Shown here in pieces: positions 58,001 to 64,000 of a stretch of 64,000 nucleotides of DNA; position 1 is the stretch's first letter; each line of letters begins with the position of its first letter. The position numbers were made by a program, and so were the translations under genes. Location: contig NW_013657630.1 in assembly GCF_000142905.1 (NCBI RefSeq), forward strand, positions 232,025 to 296,024. The letters are read 5' to 3'. Below the pieces are notes generated by a model, which saw nothing but the letters and a program-made list of their open reading frames with translations, had not been told where the DNA came from and made no database searches. The stretch is from Thecamonas trahens ATCC 50062 (taxonomy: Eukaryota; Protista; Apusomonadida).

Positions 58001-59039
58001 CGTGGAGAAGGGCAAGGTCCTTCTCCGTGTTGAGGCGCGCAGCAGCTCCGGGCGCGCGTGCCGGTTCTGCGGCAGCGAGCTGAGCGTGGAGAACGAGGTG
58101 CTTGTGGCCAAGGTCCGTGACGTGTGCAACGACGCCGAGTGCATGGAGCGGAGTGAGCAGGTGTGTGTGGATGTGCTCGAGTGTGGCCACCCATGCGGCG
58201 GGGTGCGCGGCGAGAAAGAGCATCTGCCATGCCTCGTGGCTGGGTGCGACGAGGCGATGACGGTGGCGAAGGACGATATGTGCATGATCTGCTGGACGGA
58301 GCCGCTCGAGGCGGCGCCGGCGGTGAAGCTCGGGTGCGGGCACGTGTTCCACGCCATGTGCGTGGATCGCTTGCTCAAGGCCAAGTGGTCGGGCCCTAGG
58401 ATCAACTTTGGGTTTTGGGCTTGCCCGCTGTGCAAGGATGCGCGGTTCGAGCATCCGGCGCTAGAGGAGGCGATTGCGCCGCTTCGCGAGCTCGAGGAGA
58501 AGGTCAAGAGCAAGGCCAAGCTCCGGGCGCGCGCATCTGGCCTTGCCGAGGACGCCGCTGTGATGGCCGAGTACGGCGATGACGTGGTGGCGGCTGCGAT
58601 GGCGCGGTTTGCTTACTACCAGTGCTACGAGTGCAAGGAGCCGTACTACGGCGGCGCGGTGGCGTGCGAGGCGGCCGGGCGCGGCGGCGACTTTGACGAG
58701 ACCGAGCTCGTGTGCGGAGGATGCGTCGGGCGGCGGATCGGGGCGACGGCGTGCTCCAAGCACGGAATGGGCGACAACATGGTGTTTGCGTGTCGGTACT
58801 GCTGCTCGGTGGCGGTCTGGTTCTGCTTTGGAACGACGCACTTTTGCGATACCTGCCACTCGAACGTCGGCGGCGTGCAGGCGGCGGCGGCGTCGGAGGA
58901 CCGGCCAGTCTGCCCGGTCGGCCCGGGATGCAAGCAGCTGCCGCCGGGCCCGTGTCCGCTTGGGCTCAAGGAGTGTCCGCCGGTGGGCGAGGAGCTCTGC
59001 CTCGGTTGTGGCCTCTGTGCCGAGGCGCAGGAGTACTAG
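49094..59039 (+). CDS. MYCBP2: PHR-family (MYCBP2/Highwire/RPM-1-like) RING-Cys-relay E3 ubiquitin ligase, ~3,300 aa; two -1 frame breaks (~52400-52408, ~56353-56361)
   Basis: RCC1-like repeats (~50800-51900). Two PHR domains: SRFSNAYTGW..NNGGTNVSSGLIPTL and TRFENRGPSWGYG..SHNGTSVEYGQLPVLYY. ESAHPY domain. DOC/APC10-like MTDGDTDTFWE. B-box LCENHDDG..LCADCDRFLHL..HTR. RING DDMCMICWTE..CGHVFH..W.GPRINFGF..CPLCK. Tandem-cysteine region YYQCYECKEPYYGGAVAC..CRYCCSVAVWFCFGTTHFCDTCH. Confidence 0.9.
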
Positions 59040-59367
59040 ACTTGGTTATCTTTACATACCACGCAGCCTGTCCGTGGCTGCAACAAAGCGAAGGCCGGAC
59101 GTCTGTCTGGAGACGTCGCCTGCCGATGCTGTGCTGTGCATCGCTCGTGTGTTCCCCATCTCGGTGGCATCTGCGACATAAAGAGCAAAGCAAGACCAGC
59201 ATGCAGCTGACGAGGATTGACGGTCCTACCCGGGCAATGCGCGGGCATCGTCTCCTTCTACGAGCCGTTTGTCCTTACGTTCCACGCGGCATGCTAAGGT
59301 ACGGTCGCGATCACTGCTGTCTCCCATCTTGGCCACGCACAAACCTTCACCTGCGCACATCGCGCAG

Positions 59368-60099
59368 TTACGATGACGACTCCGATGAAGAAGACAGGGA
59401 CGATGATCGTGACTGAGACGATGACGTCGTCAAAGTGGCGTCGGCCCAAGCCTTCTTCTCGTCGACGATGTCGCGAACAGCATCCCAACATGCCATGAGA
59501 AACTTGTGCGACTGCTCCTCCTCCTGTCGCTTAGCTGCTGCAAAGAGCGATGCTTTGTCGTCCTTGTTGAGCATGCGCTTCAGAGTCGATTGAATCATCC
59601 ACGGCCCCCAAGGCTTGCACAGCACGAGCTCGGCGTTTGCACGCTCAAGCGGCATGATGAAAAGTAGAAACTTGGCGACGCGAAAGTCCCCCGGGAAGGG
59701 GTTCCTGTTGCGAAAGAGCGAGTCGGCCATGTCCAGATAGAGCTGCTTCATCTTGCTTCGCGCACTCTCGATCTCGAGAAACGTCGCCCGGTCTTCGCCG
59801 TCGGCATACCTGTTCATCGCCCAGTTGCACGCCCAAGCCCGTAGCGCCGCAGCTGACGGCACGTTCTTCTTCTCCTCTCCCCTGTACGCTTCCGTGTCCA
59901 AACAAAAACGCCCAAACGAGTACGTCAGCACTTCGACAAAAGCCGACGAGTCAGAGGTCATTGCCCGCAACTGCGCCCGCTTCGCCTCCCGCTTCTGCCG
60001 CCGCGAGTAGCAGGCGGTGACAAGGGCAATGACAATAGTAGCTGCGGTGGCAAGTGCAGCGACAACAAACTGCCACGTCGTCGCAGAGTCCCACCCCAT
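59368..60099 (-). CDS. Hypothetical 243-aa protein with an N-terminal TM anchor
   Basis: ATG-started intronless ORF. A hydrophobic helix (WQFVVAALATAATIVIALVTACY) is followed by basic residues and a globular helical body. No family recognised. Confidence 0.6.
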   Translation of the reverse strand: MGWDSATTWQFVVAALATAATIVIALVTACYSRRQKREAKRAQLRAMTSDSSAFVEVLTYSFGRFCLDTEAYRGEEKKNVPSAAALRAWACNWAMNRYADGEDRATFLEIESARSKMKQLYLDMADSLFRNRNPFPGDFRVAKFLLFIMPLERANAELVLCKPWGPWMIQSTLKRMLNKDDKASLFAAAKRQEEEQSHKFLMACWDAVRDIVDEKKAWADATLTTSSSQSRSSSLSSSSESSS

Positions 60100-61169
60100 A
60101 ATCTATGCTATGAGCAGTGCAGTGGTCGAACGCGGTCGGTCAGCGAGGCCGAGGTACGTCGACGACGAGCCCACTGCTCCAGCGAGCGAAAACGATGTCC
60201 TACTAACCCCACGCCGATCACGCGTGCTACCCGATGCCAGCTGTCGGCCGCTGCCACCGCAGTTATCACGCCCATCGCCATCGTGCCCCCGCTGGCATCA
60301 TCCCCGCGACCATCATCATCGTTGTCATCATCAATCATTGATGGACGTGGGCGAGAGCGCAGTGGCTGCGGTGGCTGCTGTGGCTGCGGTGGTCTCCGGC
60401 CGCCGCCGCACTCGCTGTTGGCGCCTGTTCTTGCGGGTCTTGGGGCGCAGCAGGCCGAGGCGACTGGCCATCAGCCCGGCACCAACGCTGCTGGCGCGGT
60501 TGTACATGTCGGCAGAGGTGGCGTACCCATCGACGGCAGTCGGCCCGCCCATGACTGCGCTCCTCGTCCGCGTCGTTCTGCTCGACGCCTTGCGGTGGCA
60601 CATGACGAGGCAAGCCATGCCGAGCGACGCCGAGCGCAAGCTGACCCATCGTACCGGTGATACAGCACAGAAGGGAGCAAGAGGGAGCTCGCCGCTGCCC
60701 GATCGCCGTGGGCGGCCGGCGATCTGGACAAGCTCTGGCGCACGGCGCACAGGGAGCCTTACCTAGTGGGCGGCAAGTGATGACCTTGGGTGTGGTCGCG
60801 GGTTGTGTAGAAGGTGGTGGGTGGGAGCTGGGTGGTGATGAAGGTGGTCTGATCGGGCGAGCGGGCGGCGGCTGGCGGCTGGTGGTTGGCGAGGACGGGG
60901 CAGCAGAGAAGGCGAGGTCGAGGCTGGGTGGCTTGAGAATGCTGTTGGTTGGTTGGTGGGTAGCATGGCATGTGATGGTTGATGGATGGCAGTGTCGGGG
61001 TCGGGGATGAGGATGGGGGTGAGATGGAGCGGGGAGACGAGGAGGAGGAGGAAGAAGAGGAGGAAGCCGAGTGCGCGATGGGATGATGCTGGGCATAGCC
61101 AAGGCATGGGGGTGGTGGTTGTGGCTGCGATGATAGTGATAGTGGTGGAGTAGGGGGTGAGAGTGGTGG

Positions 61170-61666
61170 TTGGTGGTGGTGGGGCGTCATGAGTATGGTA
61201 GGGGGGATGAGGAGGGTCGTCACGTGGGTGGCGGGACGAGCGAAGGGGTGGTGGGTATGGCGATTGGGCTGAAGGATTGATGTGGGTGGCTATGATGAGG
61301 CTGATGGCTGTATGTGGGGTGTAGGTGATGAGGAAGCCGGGTACTTGGCCAGCAGGAGGAGGGCGGCGAAAGTTAATTGAGTTGAACGTTGAATTAATTG
61401 AAGACAAGCAGGAACGGGTTGGTGGTGATGGGGCGTAATGAGTATGGTAGGGGGGATGAGGGGGTCGTGACATGGATGGCGGGACGGGCGCAAGGATGAT
61501 GGGTATGGCGATTGGGCTTGAGCATTGATAAAAGGTGGGTATGATACGGCTGATGGGTATATGTGGGGTGTGGGGGATGAGGGTGGAAGGGCTTGGGCGG
61601 CAGGGGGAGAGCCGCGGACATTGATTGAGTTGAACGTTGAATTAATTTAAGACAAGCAGGAACGGG
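61170..61666. repeat. Diverged tandem duplication of a ~248-bp non-coding unit
   Basis: Units 61170-61418 and 61419-61666 share ATGAGTATGGTAGGGGGGATGAGG, GGGTATGGCGATTGGGCT and ATTGAGTTGAACGTTGAATTAATT.AAGACAAGCAGGAACGGG. Confidence 0.85.
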
Positions 61667-61851
61667 CATCAAACGAGGCAATGACAGACACAACAACAAC
61701 CAGAAGTCATACATGGCATTCACAGCACACACATGAGTAAGCCAACAGGGCGGAGATGGGGATGTCCGTGCATCGTCGGGATCGGCTGGCTGGGCCGGAA
61801 GGGTTGGCGCCGCTTGCGCCTCGGCTGGACGGGTACGTGGTGAAGGGGAGG

Positions 61852-62538
61852 NNNNNNNNNNNNNNNNNNNNNNNNNNNNNNNNNNNNNNNNNNNNNNNNN
61901 NNNNNNNNNNNNNNNNNNNNNNNNNNNNNNNNNNNNNNNNNNNNNNNNNNNNNNNNNNNNNNNNNNNNNNNNNNNNNNNNNNNNNNNNNNNNNNNNNNNN
62001 NNNNNNNNNNNNNNNNNNNNNNNNNNNNNNNNNNNNNNNNNNNNNNNNNNNNNNNNNNNNNNNNNNNNNNNNNNNNNNNNNNNNNNNNNNNNNNNNNNNN
62101 NNNNNNNNNNNNNNNNNNNNNNNNNNNNNNNNNNNNNNNNNNNNNNNNNNNNNNNNAAACACGTCATGGACGGGCGCCATGGGCAGGTTGCCCTTGGCGC
62201 CCTTGTGCCGCGCCCCGTCTGGCAACTCCTTCTTGTCCACAACAAAGCCTGGCGGGTACCGGGGCTCCTCGTCCGTCGAGCGCGCCAGATCGTAGTCGAT
62301 GACCACCGCCTGCCACACGGGCACCACGACGCCGTCTGCATCGTCAGCCAGTGCCGNNNNNNNNNNNNNNNNNNNNNNNNNNNNNNNNNNNNNNNNNNNN
62401 NNNNNNNNNNNNNNNNNNNNNNNNNNNNNNNNNNNNNNNNNNNNNNNNNNNNNNNNNNNNNNNNNNNNNNNNNNNNNNNNNNNNNNNNNNNNNNNNNNNN
62501 NNNNNNNNNNNNNNNNNNNNNNNNNNNNNNNNNNNNNN
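61852..62538. other. Two assembly gaps (61852-62156, 62356-62538)
   Basis: N runs. Confidence 1.
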
Positions 62539-63976
62539 TCGATCGGAGCCGGAAAGCGGATGTTGCGGGACAGGATGTCACCGTGGACGAGCGAGTCGCG
62601 GCGCATGGCCTCGAGCCAGCCGATGAGCGAGACAAAGTGACCGACCCGGACGTACGAGTGCGACTCGTGGGCGAGAAACGTGGTGACAAGCACGCGCGGA
62701 GCGTCGCTGCCGCCGCTCTCAGTGAGCACGCGCGCCTCGGCCGCCGGCGAGTGAGCTGTCCACATGGGCAAGTTGATCCGGCGCGACGAGGCTGTCGAGG
62801 GCCGGAACCACTTGTACACCCGTCGCGAGGCCACCATGCACGTGTTGGCGCCCGCAAGCACCACAGGCGGCCTGCGCCCAGTCAGCAACAGGTCCGCCGT
62901 CGCAGCCACCACGCTGAGGCTGGCGACAAAAGCCGTAGCAAACACCTCGCAAAACGTGTCGAGGTCTGAATACTCCCACGTCCCAAACGGCACCGTCGTC
63001 CGTGTCCTCGCGTCGCTTGCCCGCTCGGCAACCGACGGGACAACAACGCCCCGGAGGGTGAGCGTGCCCACGGTAAAGTCCGACGCCGTCGGATGCGGCC
63101 CCTCCAGCGTCGCCATCGGCACCTGATGCTCCACGTCGCCGTAGCAAATCGCAAGGTTGTGCGCGTATGCCGCTGCCTGGACGTTCTTGGCCGATGACCC
63201 GAGCTCCACCACGAGGCTCGGACGGAGCTTCTCGCGCTCGACCGTGGTGGCACGGCCCTCTTCCCCATCGGCCCGCCCGTAGACCACGAGGTTGGCTGGC
63301 GAGCCCCGTGAGTTGCGCACACCGCACGTGGCCGCTTCCGTGACCGCTACGGCCCACGGAAAGCCCCTCGCGAGCACGCTCGCAACCGCCGAGCCCAGCA
63401 GCCCGGTGAACGCGACCTCAGAGTTCCGGAGTTGAAGGGCGGCGACCCCGGGTCCGCGCTCTGCAAAGTAGAGCGCGCCCAGCCGCGCCTTGAGCGCCGA
63501 CGCAAGCGCTGTCTGCAGTCCAGCGCCCGCAGATCCGTCCCAAACCGCGGTGCGGAGCGCAGCAATGTCGCCCACCTCGTTCTCGGCCAGCAGCCCACCG
63601 TCCGCAAGCGCAACAAGGAAAGCCGGATCGCCCACCGGCGAGAGAGCCTCCAGGTGCACGTGCTCCTCCACAGTCTTCGCCGAGGCATTCGACGGCGCGG
63701 AAATCACGTCCAAAGGGCGGGCTTTCTCCCGGACACTCTCCCACTTTGTCCGCCTGCAGCTTCTCGGCTCCCTCAGCTCGGCTTTGCTTTGGCTGCGACC
63801 AGCTTCTCCTCGGCCTGCGGCAGCTTCTCCTCAGCCTTCTCTTCCGCCTCCTTCAGCTTCTCTTCCGCCGCAAGCAGCTCATTCTTGGCTTCCTGCAACT
63901 CACCCTTGGCTTCCTGCAACTCACCCTTGGCCACACGCAGCTCGGCCTCGAGGTCCGCCTTCTCGTCCGCAGACAT
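62157..63976 (-). CDS. Crinkler (CRN)-like protein: N-terminal coiled coil, restriction-endonuclease-like domain, atypical protein kinase. -1 frame break at ~63785; interrupted by gaps; the frame is open to the window end
   Basis: Kinase motifs RVYKWF, LVHGDILSRNIRF, VVIDYDLAR and RYPPGF..LPDGARH.GA..PVHD. Upstream REase-like PANLVVY..SLVVELG..KNVQAAAYAHNL. The header repeats GELQEAK. Confidence 0.65.
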
Positions 63977-64000
63977 GTCGGGAGCGTCGCTCCGCTGCTC

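Noticed and set aside
107-63744. Hundreds of overlapping antisense and alternative-frame ORFs (e.g. 2582..3922, 6743..8209, 32366..33985, 20895..22166)
   Set aside because: Expected shadows of high-GC coding sequence; they are Arg/Ser/Ala-rich with no motifs.
1-64000. tRNA/rRNA genes, transposase or reverse transcriptase
   Set aside because: None recognisable by eye. A covariance-model scan would be needed to exclude small RNAs in the intergenic regions (e.g. 9900-10590).

Overview
GC-rich, gene-dense eukaryotic draft-assembly DNA with 4 N-gaps. Introns are few and spliceosomal (mostly GTACG(T/G) donors). The style resembles a free-living unicellular protist such as an apusomonad (inference). 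Genes in order: a membrane PAS hybrid histidine kinase (5'-truncated by the window edge; ATP-binding boxes degenerate), SMC6, a CUB/extensin/IPT/Cys-rich multi-TM receptor, a ~2,000-aa Ser-rich disordered protein (-), DENND10/FAM45A (-), a ~6,100-aa repetitive coiled-coil protein, fumarylacetoacetase (-), MUTYH (-), the 3' end of histone H4 with a histone-type stem-loop, a full-length MYCBP2/Highwire/RPM-1-like RING-Cys-relay E3 ligase, a small TM protein (-), and a Crinkler-like REase+kinase gene (-). The most striking window-wide pattern is about 12 reading-frame breaks in six genes, all in the -1 direction (one base missing). Most sit in 3-4 nt homopolymers, so sequencing under-calls are the likeliest cause, but insertional RNA editing or -1 recoding needs to be excluded. 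Other highlights are the complete PHR/RCR ligase in a probable protist, the CRN-like effector, the H4 stem-loop and the probable pseudo-histidine kinase.
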